64,000 nucleotides of DNA from an uncultured delta proteobacterium (GTDB lineage: Bacteria > Myxococcota_A > Polyangia > Haliangiales > Haliangiaceae). Where the stretch lies: positions 320,001-384,000 of the forward strand of contig CAVUQH010000004.1 in the NCBI GenBank assembly GCA_963743525.1. The letters run 5' to 3'. The notes beneath the pieces are model-generated. The model was not told the DNA's origin. It worked only from the letters and a program-made list of their open reading frames with translations, and ran no database searches. Position numbers and translations under genes: made by a program. Positions 33,156 to 45,323 of this stretch are shown here, piece after piece; within the stretch, counting starts at the first letter, position 1; the number at the start of each line of letters is the position of its first letter.

Positions 33156-33232
33156 ACCCGCAACTGGGCGAATCTCCTCGCACGGCACCGGCAGCCGTTG
33201 CAGCTTGCCAGGCGCGCCGTTGCCGAATGCGG

Positions 33233-34574
<1,342 letters not shown>

Positions 34575-34585
<11 letters not shown>

Positions 34586-36656
34586 GACTCCTCGTTTCAC
34601 CGGCGCCGGAGCGGGCGGCCGGCCACACCAGTGTGACTCGCGTGCCCTCCCCCTCTGCGCTGTCGAGCTCGACGGTGGCGCCATGGTCGCGGGCGATCTG
34701 CGCGACGATGGCCAGCCCCAGCCCGGTGCCCTTGCCGCGCTTCTTGGTGGTGAAGAACGGGTCGAATACCTGGCCGCGATCCTCGTCGGCAATGCCGCGG
34801 CCGTCGTCCGCGACGATGATGCGCACCGCCGGTGGCGACACCTCGGCGGGCGACGCAGAGATGGTCACGTGACCGCCGCTGTCGCAGGCGTCCATGGCGT
34901 TCATGACCAGGTTGACCAGGACCTGCTCCAGCTGCTCGGCGTCGGCGGCGACCGGCGGCGCCTGCGGCGAGACGGCGGCGACCAGGCTGATGTGCCGGCG
35001 CTCGGCCTCGAGACCGAGCAGCTCGACCACGCTGGCGGCCACGCCGCTGGTGTCGATCGGCATCCGCGCCGAGCTCGGCTTCATGCGCGAGAAGTCGAGC
35101 AGTCGGCGAATGGTCCGGGTCACCTGATCGATCTGGTCGACGATCTGGCGGGCGTCGGCGGAGCGGGCCTGGTCGGCCTGCAGCTTGCCCATCATGTACT
35201 CGGCGCGCCCGCGGGCCACGCCCAGCGGCGTGCCGATCTCGTGGGCGATTCCGGCGGCGAGGACACCGACCGTGGCCAGCTTCTCCGATCGGATCAGCTG
35301 CTGCTCGAGCGATCCGATCATGCTCAGGTCCTCGATCACCAGCAGCACGCTGGCGTCGGCGTACCGGGCCGCCAACGGCACCGCGTGCAGATTGTAGGTA
35401 CCGTCGGAGCCGAACAGGCGCAGTGACTGGCCGAACACGCTGTGCGGCTCGCCGCTGCTGCGCGCGCTGGCGACCAGCGCGATCAGCTGCTCGACCGCCT
35501 CGCCGGTGGCGTCGGGAAACAGCGCCGACAGCGGCTGGCCCACTCCGGCGTCGCCGACGCGGCGGCGCAGCGCGTCGTTGAGCGCGCCGACCCGATCGTC
35601 GTCACCGAGGGCGATGACGCCAGTGGGGATGGTGTCGAGGATCTTCTCCGACTTCTCGCGCAGGTGGGCCAGCGCGTCGGCGTTGCGCAGCCGTTCCGAC
35701 AGGCGAACGGTGCGCCGCGTGGTCAGGATGACGAACGTGGCGAGCACCGCCAGGATGCCGGCGATCAGCACCACGACCTCGATCATCCGGCGGACGATCG
35801 CCTGCTCGTGCTCGCTGATCGCGGCGGTCGACGCGACCAGCGCCACGGACCACGGCGCGCCGCCGGCGATGGGAATCGGCCGCACCACGGCCACCTGATC
35901 GAGCGAGCCCAGCCCCAACGCGCGGCCTTCGCGAGCCGGCAGGCGCACCACCGCGGCGGTGCGCGCCCGGAGCCGCCTGGTCATCTCGGCGAAGCGGTCG
36001 CCGATGACGCGGTCAGCAGAGATGGCTCTGGCCAGCTCTGGATCACTGACCGGCGCCGCCGCGCCGTACGCGCCCAGTACCACCAGCTTGTTGCCCGGCC
36101 CCGCCGAGGCGATCTTGAGCTTGGCCAGGATCGGCTCGGTGTCGACCAGCAGCAATGCGACCACCCGCTGGCCGGCCAGCTCCTCGGCGACGGCGAACAC
36201 GCGGCCGGTGCGGGCGACCGCGCGCGAGGCGACCACACGTCCGGCGGTGCTGCGGGCATCGGCCGCGGTCTCGGCCAGCGCGCGTTCGACCGCCGGGTCG
36301 GCGGTGAAGCCCGGCTCCTTGGCGACGCGCGCGATGACCCGGTCACTGGCATCGCGCAGCTCGACCAGCTCGTAACCGCGCTCGACCGCGACCAGGGCGC
36401 CGAGCTCGCGGCGGCGGGTCTCGGGCAGCTCGTCGCCGTCGCTGGCCAACCGCACGGCCAGGTGCAGGTCGTCGCCGATGTCGTCGAAGTCGCCCGCGAT
36501 CTCGGCCAGCGCCTCGTCGAGCTGGTGGGCACGATCGGCGGCGAACTGATCGAGCAACGCGCCGCGGTCCCGCTCGAGCATTCGCACGGCGAAGTAGACG
36601 ACGGCGCCCAGAGCGGCGACGACGAACAGCAAGAACGCGGTCACGCCGAGGCGCAT
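34575..36656 (-). CDS. Membrane sensor histidine kinase
   Basis: Two TM segments, AHEIGTPL, NLVMNAMDA, DDGRGI and FFTTKKRGKGTGLGL. Confidence 0.92.
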
Positions 36657-36708
36657 GAGGTCGTTCGAGCCTAGCACGCAACCCCGCGGTGACGCGTACA
36701 ATCGCCGG

Positions 36709-37341
36709 GTGAGCCGTCCGCCCTCTGTCGCGCATCCCCGACTCGCCGGCGCCGCCGAACGGGACTCTCTGCGCGGGCGCTGGTCAACCGGCGCGCCCCT
36801 GCGCGTCGACGACGTGCTGGCCCCGGGGCTGGCCGCCGAGCTCGCCGACTGGCTGCCGACGCTGCCGTTGGAGCCGCGCTACCTGGCCGAGCAGGTGGCG
36901 CTGACCTGGGCCTGCGAGATCCAGGTTCCCGACGAGATCGATCCCCAGCATCCCGGCGCGCTCTATCGCCTGGTCGAATTCCTCGACCGCGACCTGCCCG
37001 CCCTGGCCAGCGCAATTACCGGCCAGACGCTGGTGCCGCCGATCGCCCGCGTGGTGCACGTGGCGTCACTGCGCCGCGGGGCTTACGTCGATGCCGGGGC
37101 GACCCTGGCACCGCCCGGCGGCATCGACGTCGTGCTCGGCCTGACCGGCGCCCGCTGGCCGGCCGACTACGGTGGCCACACCGAATGGCTGAACGACGCC
37201 GGCGTGGTGACCCGGCGACTGGCGCCGGGCTTCGACACCCTCGATCTGCAACCTCCCGGCCGCTACCGCGTGCCACTGCTGACGCGACCGGTGCACACGC
37301 TGGCAGTGCGCACCTATCTGCAGCCGGAGGAGTCGCGCTGA
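36709..37341 (+). CDS. Degenerate 2OG-Fe(II) oxygenase-like protein
   Basis: Parallels the downstream gene (HPRLAG, WPADYGGHTEW, PGFDTLDL) but has no HxD motif. Confidence 0.6.
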   Translation: MSRPPSVAHPRLAGAAERDSLRGRWSTGAPLRVDDVLAPGLAAELADWLPTLPLEPRYLAEQVALTWACEIQVPDEIDPQHPGALYRLVEFLDRDLPALASAITGQTLVPPIARVVHVASLRRGAYVDAGATLAPPGGIDVVLGLTGARWPADYGGHTEWLNDAGVVTRRLAPGFDTLDLQPPGRYRVPLLTRPVHTLAVRTYLQPEESR

Positions 37342-37964
37342 TGCTGCACCCATCCCTGGCCGGGCGCGAGTCCGAGCTCGCCGCCGAGTGGCAGGCACGC
37401 GGCTCGATGCGCATCCAGCCGCTGCTCGACGACGACGTCGCCCGCGCCCTGCTCGCCGAGCTGCGCGCCCTGCCCCACCGGATCAACGGCGCCACCACCT
37501 CGGACCTGGCGTACCTCTACTTCCGCTACGACGCCATCCCCGACCCCGACTGCGATCACCTGCTGTGCGCCGTCGGCCGATGGCTGTTCGACGACGGCCG
37601 CAGCTGGATCGAACAACTCGTCGGCCGCGACCTCGCGCCACCACCCGACCGCGGCCTGGTCGCGACGCTGTACAGCAAAGGCTGCTACCTCGATCCGCAC
37701 AACGACGCCGACGGCGTTCGCAGCATCACCTACGTGCTCGGCCTGACCGACGACACCTGGCCCGCCGAGCGCGGTGGCCATCTCGAGTTCCTGGCGCCGC
37801 CGTCACCGGCGCCAGTGAACGTCGTCGAGCGCCGGTCACCGGGATGGAACAGCCTCGACTTGTTCGACGTCGAGCGCGACAGCCACATCCATCGCATCCC
37901 GATCCTGCTCGACCACCGCGAGCGCCGGGCCATCTCCGGCTGGTTCCGCCGCCCGGCGAGCTAG
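37341..37964 (+). CDS. 2OG-Fe(II) oxygenase (prolyl-hydroxylase-like), metal ligands present
   Basis: YSKGCYLDPHND, WPAERGGHLEF, PGWNSLDLF, HIH and RRAISGWF; TGATG overlap. Confidence 0.85.
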   Translation: MLHPSLAGRESELAAEWQARGSMRIQPLLDDDVARALLAELRALPHRINGATTSDLAYLYFRYDAIPDPDCDHLLCAVGRWLFDDGRSWIEQLVGRDLAPPPDRGLVATLYSKGCYLDPHNDADGVRSITYVLGLTDDTWPAERGGHLEFLAPPSPAPVNVVERRSPGWNSLDLFDVERDSHIHRIPILLDHRERRAISGWFRRPAS

Positions 37965-39727
37965 AACGGAAAGACGTACGGCGCCAGCGCGATGGTCACG
38001 GCGGCGACCGCCAGCGACACCGGGGTGCCGGCGCGGACGAAGTCGAGAAAGCGATAACCGCCCGGCCCATAGACCATCAGGTTGGTCTGGTAGCCGATCG
38101 GCGTGATGAAGCTGGCCGACGCCGCGATCATCACCACCGCCACGAACGGAATCGGCGACACGTGCAGGCCAATCGCGGCCGACAGCGCGATCGGCACCAT
38201 CAGCACCGCGGCGGCATTGTTGGTGACCAGCTCCGTCGTGATCGCCGTGGCTGCATAGACCAGTCCCAGCGTCAGCCACGGCGAGTCGCCGCCCAGCGAC
38301 ACCAGCCCGGCGGCAATCGCGTGCGCCGCCCCGGTGTCCTCGAGCGCGGCGCCCAGCCCGATCGCCGCAACGATCGCCAACATCACCCGGCCGTCGATCT
38401 CGCGCGCCGCCTCCTGCCACGAAATCACTCGCGCGCCGAGCAGCGCGACGGTCGCCCCCAGCGCCGCGGCGAACATCGACACCAACCCCAGCGCCGCAAC
38501 GGTGGCCATCGCCGCCAGCACCGCCAGGCTGAACGGCGCATGCCACCCGGCGTGCACGGCGGGCGCGTCGTGCGCGGTCACCAGGATCAGATCCGTGCCG
38601 TAGCGGTGGCGGGCAACGAACTCCTCGTCGGCCTCGAGCAACACCGTGTCGCCGACCTCGATCTCCCACGCGCCCAGGCCGGCCGCGGCAACGCGGCGAC
38701 CGTCGCGCGCGACGGCGATGACGGCCGCGCCGTAGTGGCGACGAAAGCTGCCGTCGCCGACGCTCTGCCCGATCAGCGGGCAGCGCGGTCCGATGACCGC
38801 CTCGACCAGCGCTCCCGCCGGACCCCGGCCGTCCCCTTCCCGCCGCGCATCGGCAGCGGCCAACCCGGCCAGGCTGTGCATCGCCAGGATCGCGGCGCTG
38901 GGCGCGGCAAACACCAGCACGTCACCGGCGCCCAACCGCTCGCCCGATCGCGGCGCGGCGATGACGGCGCCGTCGCGCTGGATCTCCACCGGCGCAAAGC
39001 TGCGCAGCCCCGGCGCCGACACGTCGCGCAACCGCTTGCCTACCAGCGGGCCGCCGGGCTCGACCACCAGCTCGGCGGTGAACTCGCGCGGGTCGGCCAG
39101 CGGCAGCCCGCGCTCGTCGCGCCGGGGCAGAAGCACCGTTGCCAGGAGAATCATCACCACCATGCCGGCGAGCGCCGCCGGCACGCCGAGCCGGGCGATG
39201 GTGAACAGCCCGAAATGGCCGAGCCCGTGCTCGTGCATCAAGCCGTTAACCAACAGGTTGGTGCTGGTGCCGATCAGCGTACACATGCCGCCGAGGATGG
39301 TCGCGTACGACAGCGGGATCAGCAGCAGCGACGGCGCGATCCCGCGCGACGATCCCCAGCGCCGCAGATCCGGGAGCAGCATCGCCACCACCGGCGTGTT
39401 GTTGAGGAAGCCGCTCAGCGCGCCGACGGGAAACATCAACCGCAGCTGGGCCAGCCGCACGTTGCGCGTGCGGCCGAGGATGACCCGCAGCGCCGGCTCG
39501 AGGGCGCCGCTTCTGCGCACGCCGGCGGCGACCAGGAACAGCAGGGCCACCGTGGCCACGCCGGTGTTGGAGAAGCCCGACAGCGCGCGCGACGGCTCGA
39601 CCACGTCACCCAACAGCAGCGCTGCCAGCGCGATCGACAGCGCCCGATCGGCCGCGACCCCGGCCGCCGCCATCGCCACCAGCGCGCCGGCGGTTGCGCC
39701 CAGCGCGAGCCATGCGTCCAGCCCCAT
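37961..39727 (-). CDS. SLC13/DASS family permease with TrkA-C (RCK-C) domains
   Basis: SGFLNNTPVV, TLIGTSTNL, TELVTNNAA and TPIGYQTNLMVYGPGGY. Confidence 0.9.
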   Translation of the reverse strand: MGLDAWLALGATAGALVAMAAAGVAADRALSIALAALLLGDVVEPSRALSGFSNTGVATVALLFLVAAGVRRSGALEPALRVILGRTRNVRLAQLRLMFPVGALSGFLNNTPVVAMLLPDLRRWGSSRGIAPSLLLIPLSYATILGGMCTLIGTSTNLLVNGLMHEHGLGHFGLFTIARLGVPAALAGMVVMILLATVLLPRRDERGLPLADPREFTAELVVEPGGPLVGKRLRDVSAPGLRSFAPVEIQRDGAVIAAPRSGERLGAGDVLVFAAPSAAILAMHSLAGLAAADARREGDGRGPAGALVEAVIGPRCPLIGQSVGDGSFRRHYGAAVIAVARDGRRVAAAGLGAWEIEVGDTVLLEADEEFVARHRYGTDLILVTAHDAPAVHAGWHAPFSLAVLAAMATVAALGLVSMFAAALGATVALLGARVISWQEAAREIDGRVMLAIVAAIGLGAALEDTGAAHAIAAGLVSLGGDSPWLTLGLVYAATAITTELVTNNAAAVLMVPIALSAAIGLHVSPIPFVAVVMIAASASFITPIGYQTNLMVYGPGGYRFLDFVRAGTPVSLAVAAVTIALAPYVFPF

Positions 39728-39818
39728 ACTCACCGACCCACGACTCGACCACGCCGCCGCCGGCCGGCGCAAGCAACAGACTCGGGCGCTGTGGCCAGAT
39801 CGTCCGCGCCAACGGCAG

Positions 39819-39835
39819 CGTTGCGATTGGCAACG
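39819..39835. promoter_or_regulatory. Palindrome CGTTGC-GATTG-GCAACG (candidate EBP site)
   Basis: 39813-39835 matches 54271-54293 at 22 of 23 positions. Confidence 0.6.
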
Positions 39836-39888
39836 TGCAAAACACAACGTTTCGGGCGAAAGCCGAAGTCATTTCAGTGGATTGGACC

Positions 39889-39903
39889 TGGCAGGCAGGT
39901 TGC
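39889..39903 (+). promoter_or_regulatory. Putative sigma54 promoter (TGGCAG-GCAGG-TTGC)
   Basis: Near-consensus, 15 nt upstream of the ABC ATPase ATG. Confidence 0.65.
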
Positions 39904-39918
39904 TTTACAACCGCCGCG

Positions 39919-40983
39919 ATGAGTGACGTTCGACTGCTGGGAGTCAGCAAGCGCTATCCGGGGGCGGCCGCGCCGGCGCTGCACAAGCTCGATCTGGAGG
40001 TCGACAGTGGCGAGCTCATCGTCCTCGTCGGCCCGTCCGGCTGCGGCAAGTCAACCACTCTGCGCATCATCGCCGGCCTCGAGGAGTCCAGCACCGGACA
40101 GGTATTCATCGGCGACCGCGACGTCAGCAACGTGGCGCCGGCCCAGCGCGACATCGCCATGGTGTTCCAGAGCTACGCGCTCTACCCGCACATGAGCGTG
40201 TTCGACAACATGGGCTTCGCGCTCAAGCTGAAGAAGATCCCGGCCGCAGAGATCCGCCAGCGCGTGGACAAGGTGGCCGCGTCGCTGGGCATCAGCGAGC
40301 TGCTCGAGCGCAAGCCCAAGCAGCTGTCGGGGGGGCAACGCCAGCGGGTCGCCATCGGCCGCGCGGTCGTGCGCGAGCCGCAGGTCTTCCTGTTCGACGA
40401 GCCACTGTCCAACCTCGACGCCAAGCTGCGCGGCGAGATGCGCCAGGAGATCGCGCGCATCCAGAAGCGCACCGGGGTGACCTCGGTCTACGTCACCCAC
40501 GATCAGATCGAGGCGATGACCCTGGCCGACAAGATCGTCGTGCTCGACAAGGGCTTGCTGCAGCAAGTGGGCACGCCGGCCGACATCTACGACCGCCCGG
40601 CCAACCGCTTCGTCGCCGGCTTCTTCGGCACGCCGGCGATGAACTTCCTCGACGCCACCCGCGAAGGCGCGCGCGCCCGAGGCGCCGGCTTCGAGGTCAA
40701 CCTGCCGCTGTCGTCAACCGACAGCAAGCGCGATGTGGTCATCGGCGTCAGACCCGAGGCGCTGTCGCTGGCCCAGCGTCCCGGCGCCACGTCGCTGCGC
40801 GCCCAGGTCGAGCTGCGTGAGGTACTCGGCGCCGAAGTGCTGCTGTACTTGCAGAGCGACGCCGGCCCGCTGACGGTCCGCGCCGACGCCCGCTCGGCCG
40901 CGCGCGAAGGTGAGCCGGTATCGGTCTACATCCCGCCGACCGAGCTGCACGTCTTCGACGGCGAGACGGAGCTGCGCCTGTGA
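39919..40983 (+). CDS. Sugar ABC transporter ATP-binding protein (MalK/MsmK-like)
   Basis: GPSGCGKST, FQSYALYPHM, LSGGQRQR and DEPLSNLDAKLR. Confidence 0.95.
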   Translation: MSDVRLLGVSKRYPGAAAPALHKLDLEVDSGELIVLVGPSGCGKSTTLRIIAGLEESSTGQVFIGDRDVSNVAPAQRDIAMVFQSYALYPHMSVFDNMGFALKLKKIPAAEIRQRVDKVAASLGISELLERKPKQLSGGQRQRVAIGRAVVREPQVFLFDEPLSNLDAKLRGEMRQEIARIQKRTGVTSVYVTHDQIEAMTLADKIVVLDKGLLQQVGTPADIYDRPANRFVAGFFGTPAMNFLDATREGARARGAGFEVNLPLSSTDSKRDVVIGVRPEALSLAQRPGATSLRAQVELREVLGAEVLLYLQSDAGPLTVRADARSAAREGEPVSVYIPPTELHVFDGETELRL

Positions 40984-42173
40984 TCCGACGCGCCATCCCG
41001 CTGCTCCTGGCGATCTGGCTGGCCGCCTGCGGCCGCGCCACCGGTGGGACGCGGAACGTGGTGCTGTGGCACAGCTACCAGGGCGACGAGCGCGCCGCGC
41101 TGGAAGCGGTGATCGACGACTTCAACGCCCACTCGCAAGACACGCACATCGAGGCGGTGCCGATCGCCTACGACGCCTTCGCCGACAAGATCACCAACGC
41201 CATCCCCAACGGCAACGGCCCCGACATCTTCATCTTCGCCCACGACCGTATCGGCGACTGGGTCGCGGCCGGGCTGATCGAGCCGATCGAGTACTACGTC
41301 GACGAGACGCTGGCCGACCGGTACGCCTACGACGCGCTGGCCGCGATGGCCCAGGGCGGATCGCTGTACGGCCTGCCGCTGGCGGTCAAGTCGGTGGCGC
41401 TGTTCTACCGCACCGATCTCATGCCCGAGCCGCCGCGCACCACCGACGAGATGGCGGCGTGGAGCAAGGCCCACCCCGGCGTCTACGCCGTCGCCTACCC
41501 CGACATCGATCTGTACGGCCACGCCCCGTGGCTGCACGGCTTCGGCGGCCACGTGCTGACCGACGACGGCAAGCTCGACGTCGCCACGCCGGAAGCCGCC
41601 CGTGCGCTCGAGTTCGTGCAGCAGATGGTCCGCGACCACATCACGCCCAAGGACACCGACGCCGCCATGGTCCCGACCCTGTTCAACGAGGGCAAGGCGG
41701 CGATGGCGATCAGCGGGCCGTGGTTCATCGCCGACATCGACCCCAACGTGCCGTGGGCGGTGACCACCCTGCCGGTGGTCAGCGAGACCGGCCGCCCGGC
41801 GGCACCGTTCCTCGGCGCCGAGGGGGTGCTGATGAGCGCCCGCGCCCGCGACAAGGATCGCGCCTTCCAGGTGATGGCAGCGCTGGCCAGCGATGCGTCG
41901 GCCATCTCCCGGGCCAAGGCGGCGCGTCAGGTGGTGCCCAACATCGCCGCCTACGACGACCCCGAGGTCGGCGGCGATTCCGTGCTCACCGCCTTCCGCG
42001 CCCAGCTCGAGCACACCGTGCCGATGCCGGCGACCCCGGCCATGCGCATGGTCTGGACCCCGTACAAGACCGCGCTGCAGGCGGTGATCGCCCAGGGAGC
42101 CGACCCCAGCGCCGCGCTGCGTGACGCCGAGCAAGAGATCCGCGGCTACCTCGAGGGAGCGCGCGGCAAGTGA
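40980..42173 (+). CDS. Maltose/maltodextrin-binding lipoprotein (MalE-like)
   Basis: Lipobox WLAAC; GPDIFIFAHDRIGDW (MalE signature); ISGPW. Confidence 0.85.
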   Translation: MIRRAIPLLLAIWLAACGRATGGTRNVVLWHSYQGDERAALEAVIDDFNAHSQDTHIEAVPIAYDAFADKITNAIPNGNGPDIFIFAHDRIGDWVAAGLIEPIEYYVDETLADRYAYDALAAMAQGGSLYGLPLAVKSVALFYRTDLMPEPPRTTDEMAAWSKAHPGVYAVAYPDIDLYGHAPWLHGFGGHVLTDDGKLDVATPEAARALEFVQQMVRDHITPKDTDAAMVPTLFNEGKAAMAISGPWFIADIDPNVPWAVTTLPVVSETGRPAAPFLGAEGVLMSARARDKDRAFQVMAALASDASAISRAKAARQVVPNIAAYDDPEVGGDSVLTAFRAQLEHTVPMPATPAMRMVWTPYKTALQAVIAQGADPSAALRDAEQEIRGYLEGARGK

Positions 42174-43723
42174 ACGGCTGGTGGAAAGGTTATGCGGTCG
42201 CCGCCCTCGTCTCGGTGTTGATCGCGACGGCGGCGTTCGTCGCCTATCGCAACCGCAGCTACCAGGTGCGCGAGATCGATGGCGCCCGCGCCAGCGCCGT
42301 CGCCGCGGCCGAGAACCGCGAGCCGATGCCGGACGTCGTGGTCGCCGACCGCGTGCGTCCGGCCGAATCGTCCAAGCGCTATCCGTTCCTCCGCCACCGC
42401 ACCACCGCCTCGGGCCGCACGCTCGGCGGCAGCGGCGCGCCGGCCACCGACAAGCTGCTGTACGACGCCGCGCGCCGGGCCGAGACCGGCGGCGGCTACG
42501 CCGGCCTGCTGGCGGACAACAGCGGCCGCTTCGTCGCCGCCATCCCGATGCCCAACGGCGACATCGCCGTCGCCGTGACCGCGCCCAGCGAGGGCCCCGA
42601 AGGATTCCCGTGGCTGGTGGTGCTCGGCCTGCTGGCGATCGGCGCGCTGGTCACCGCGGCGAGCGCGCTGGTCGGCGGCGCGGCCAGGCCGATCGGCCTG
42701 GCGCTGGGCGCCAGCGGGCTGTCGGTGCCGGCCTATCTGTGGGCCGGCGTCGCCCCGGCCATGGCCATCGCCGCGATCGCCACGCTGACCGCCGTCGCCG
42801 ACCACCGCGGATGGTTGAAACGGATCGGCGACGAGTTCCGCGAGCAGCGGGTCGCCTACACCTTCCTCGGGCCGGCGGCCATCGCCATGATCATCCTGGT
42901 GGCGACGCCGTTCGTCATCGGCCTGGTGCTGGGCTTCTACAACCACCACCACGGCTCGTGGACCTACGTCGGCCTGCACAACTTCGTCGAGATCCTGTCC
43001 GGCGGCGGCCGCGCCTTCGACGATCCCCTCAACTTCTGGTTCACCCTGGGCGTGACCGTCCTGTGGACCATGGTCAACGTCGCCCTGCACGTGTCGATCG
43101 GCGTGGCGCTGGCGCTGGTGCTGCGCCAGCGGTGGCTGACCGGTCGCGGCATCTTCCGCGTGCTGCTGATCCTGCCCTGGGCGATCCCCAACTACATCAC
43201 CGCGCTGATCTGGCACGGCATGTTCCAGGGCGAATACGGCGCCATCAACGGCGTGCTGCACACCTTCGGCCTGAGCAACGTGTCGTGGTTCTCGTCGTGG
43301 GCGACCGCGTTCACCGCCAACGTGGTGACCAACACCTGGCTGGGCTTCCCGTTCATGATGGTGGTCGCCCTGGGCGCGTTGGAGTCGATCCCACGCGACA
43401 TGTACGAGGCCGCCGAGGTCGACGGCGCGTCGGCGTGGCAGCGCTTCCGTCTGATCACCCTGCCCCATCTGCGGCCGGCACTGGGTCCGGCGGTGGTGCT
43501 GGGGGCGATCTGGACCTTCAACATGTTCAACGTCATCTACCTGGTGTCCGATGGACGGCCCGGTGGTGGCACCGACATCCTGGTCACCGAGGCATACCGC
43601 TGGGCGTTCGAGCGCGGTGAGCGCTACGGCCTGGCGTCGGCCTACGCGGTGTTGATCTTCCTCATCCTCCTGGTGTGGACCGTCTTCGGCACCCGCATCG
43701 GGCGCAAGGAGGAGGCGTCATGA
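42170..43723 (+). CDS. Sugar ABC transporter permease (MalF-like)
   Basis: LILPWAIP, NTWLGFPFM and EAA motif YEAAEVDGAS. Confidence 0.9.
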   Translation: MNGWWKGYAVAALVSVLIATAAFVAYRNRSYQVREIDGARASAVAAAENREPMPDVVVADRVRPAESSKRYPFLRHRTTASGRTLGGSGAPATDKLLYDAARRAETGGGYAGLLADNSGRFVAAIPMPNGDIAVAVTAPSEGPEGFPWLVVLGLLAIGALVTAASALVGGAARPIGLALGASGLSVPAYLWAGVAPAMAIAAIATLTAVADHRGWLKRIGDEFREQRVAYTFLGPAAIAMIILVATPFVIGLVLGFYNHHHGSWTYVGLHNFVEILSGGGRAFDDPLNFWFTLGVTVLWTMVNVALHVSIGVALALVLRQRWLTGRGIFRVLLILPWAIPNYITALIWHGMFQGEYGAINGVLHTFGLSNVSWFSSWATAFTANVVTNTWLGFPFMMVVALGALESIPRDMYEAAEVDGASAWQRFRLITLPHLRPALGPAVVLGAIWTFNMFNVIYLVSDGRPGGGTDILVTEAYRWAFERGERYGLASAYAVLIFLILLVWTVFGTRIGRKEEAS

Positions 43724-44571
43724 GCCGCCGCCCGCACGGCAGCAAGATCGTCGGCACCTATCTGGGGCTGATCGCGGTCACCACCGTCACGCTCTATCCG
43801 GTGATGCTGGTGCTGAAGAAGGCGTTCGAGCCCGGACGCCACTTCGCCACCTCGCCCTCGCCCATCCCCACCCACGCGTCGCTCGACAACTTCCGCGAGC
43901 TGATGCACATGCGCAGCGCCGGCGGCGACCTGCTGTTCCTGCGCTACACCTTCAACTCGGCGGTGGTCGCCCTTGCCACCACCATCATCGGTGTGGCGTT
44001 GTCGTGCACCGCGGCCTATGCCCTCAGCCGCTACCGCTTTGCCGGACGGCGCGCGGGCCTGACCAGCTTCCTGGTCGTGCAGATGTTCCCGGCCACCCTG
44101 CTGATCATGCCGCTGTACGTGGTGCTCGATCGGCTGGGGCTGCTCAACTCGCTGTTCGGGCTGGTGCTGGTCTACGCCACCACCTCGATCCCGTTCTGCG
44201 TGTGGACGCTGAAGGGCTACTTCGACACCCTGCCGCGCGAGCTCGAAGAAGCGGCGCGCATCGACGGCGCGTCGAGCTGGGGCGTATTCTTCCGCGTCGT
44301 CCTGCCGCTGGCGCGACCGGGCATCGCGGTGACCGCGCTGTTCTCGTTCATGACCGCGTGGAACGAGTTCATCCTCGCCCAGACGTTCATGACCGACGCC
44401 GGCGCCTACACCCTGCCGGTGTTGCTGCAGAGCCAGATCGGCGAGTTCTCCGCCAACTGGGGCGTGTTCGCCGCCGGCGCCGTGCTCACCAGCGTGCCGG
44501 TGATGGTGCTGTTCTACGTGCTGCAGCGCTACCTGGTCGGCGGCCTCACCGCCGGCAGCGTCAAGGGCTAG
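43720..44571 (+). CDS. Sugar ABC transporter permease (MalG-like)
   Basis: QMFP, KGYFDTLPRELEEAARIDG and GLTAGSVKG. Confidence 0.9.
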   Translation: MSRRPHGSKIVGTYLGLIAVTTVTLYPVMLVLKKAFEPGRHFATSPSPIPTHASLDNFRELMHMRSAGGDLLFLRYTFNSAVVALATTIIGVALSCTAAYALSRYRFAGRRAGLTSFLVVQMFPATLLIMPLYVVLDRLGLLNSLFGLVLVYATTSIPFCVWTLKGYFDTLPRELEEAARIDGASSWGVFFRVVLPLARPGIAVTALFSFMTAWNEFILAQTFMTDAGAYTLPVLLQSQIGEFSANWGVFAAGAVLTSVPVMVLFYVLQRYLVGGLTAGSVKG

Positions 44572-45305
44572 GCCAGGTCCAGCTCGGGGTAGCGGCGGAA
44601 CCCGCCGTCCTCGTTGAACGGGATGCGCCGGTCCGACGCCAGGTAGGCGGCGATGTTGGGCCGCGCCGCCACCCGATCGCGCAGCGCCAGCAGACCCGGC
44701 GCATCGGCGAACGCGCGCGCCGAAGCCCTGGGCAAGGCGTAGTGGAGCCCGACCACGATCTGGAACAGCCACAGATCGACGTAGGAGTGAGCGCCGCCGA
44801 CCATGAAGTCGCCGCCGTTCTCCTGCAACACCCGCTCGAAGTAGCCGAGGAACTTGGGCATCCGCTGGTCGATGAACGCCGCCGCCCGGCGCGCCGCCTC
44901 CGGCTTCTGCTCGTGGTAGTAGAGCATGCTGCCGATCGGATGGTGGGTGTCGTGGATCTCGACCACGAAGTCGGCCACGGTCATCGCCAGCATCAGCGCG
45001 CGAAGCCTGTCGGCCTCGCTCTCGGGTGCCAGACCCAGGCGCTGGCCGAGCACCGAGCCGATCAGCGGAGTCTGCGCCAACACCACGTCACCGAGGTCGA
45101 CGATCGGCGGCGCGAACGGCGGCGTCGCCGTCCCGTCACCTTTGATCATCGACATGATCGCCGGCACGCCACCGCCCTGCTCTTTGGGCTGGCGGGCGAC
45201 ATCGACATAGTCGGCGCCGGCATCCTCCAGCAGCAGGCGGACGAACTCTCCGCGGCCCTGAATCGACGGCCAGTAGTAGAGCTTGATCGGTGCGGTCTCC
45301 GGCAT
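44568..45305 (-). CDS. Glutathione S-transferase
   Basis: LYYWPSIQGRGEFVRL, PPFAPP and SYVDL. Confidence 0.88.
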   Translation of the reverse strand: MPETAPIKLYYWPSIQGRGEFVRLLLEDAGADYVDVARQPKEQGGGVPAIMSMIKGDGTATPPFAPPIVDLGDVVLAQTPLIGSVLGQRLGLAPESEADRLRALMLAMTVADFVVEIHDTHHPIGSMLYYHEQKPEAARRAAAFIDQRMPKFLGYFERVLQENGGDFMVGGAHSYVDLWLFQIVVGLHYALPRASARAFADAPGLLALRDRVAARPNIAAYLASDRRIPFNEDGGFRRYPELDLA

Positions 45306-45323
45306 GGCCGGAGGATACCCGGA

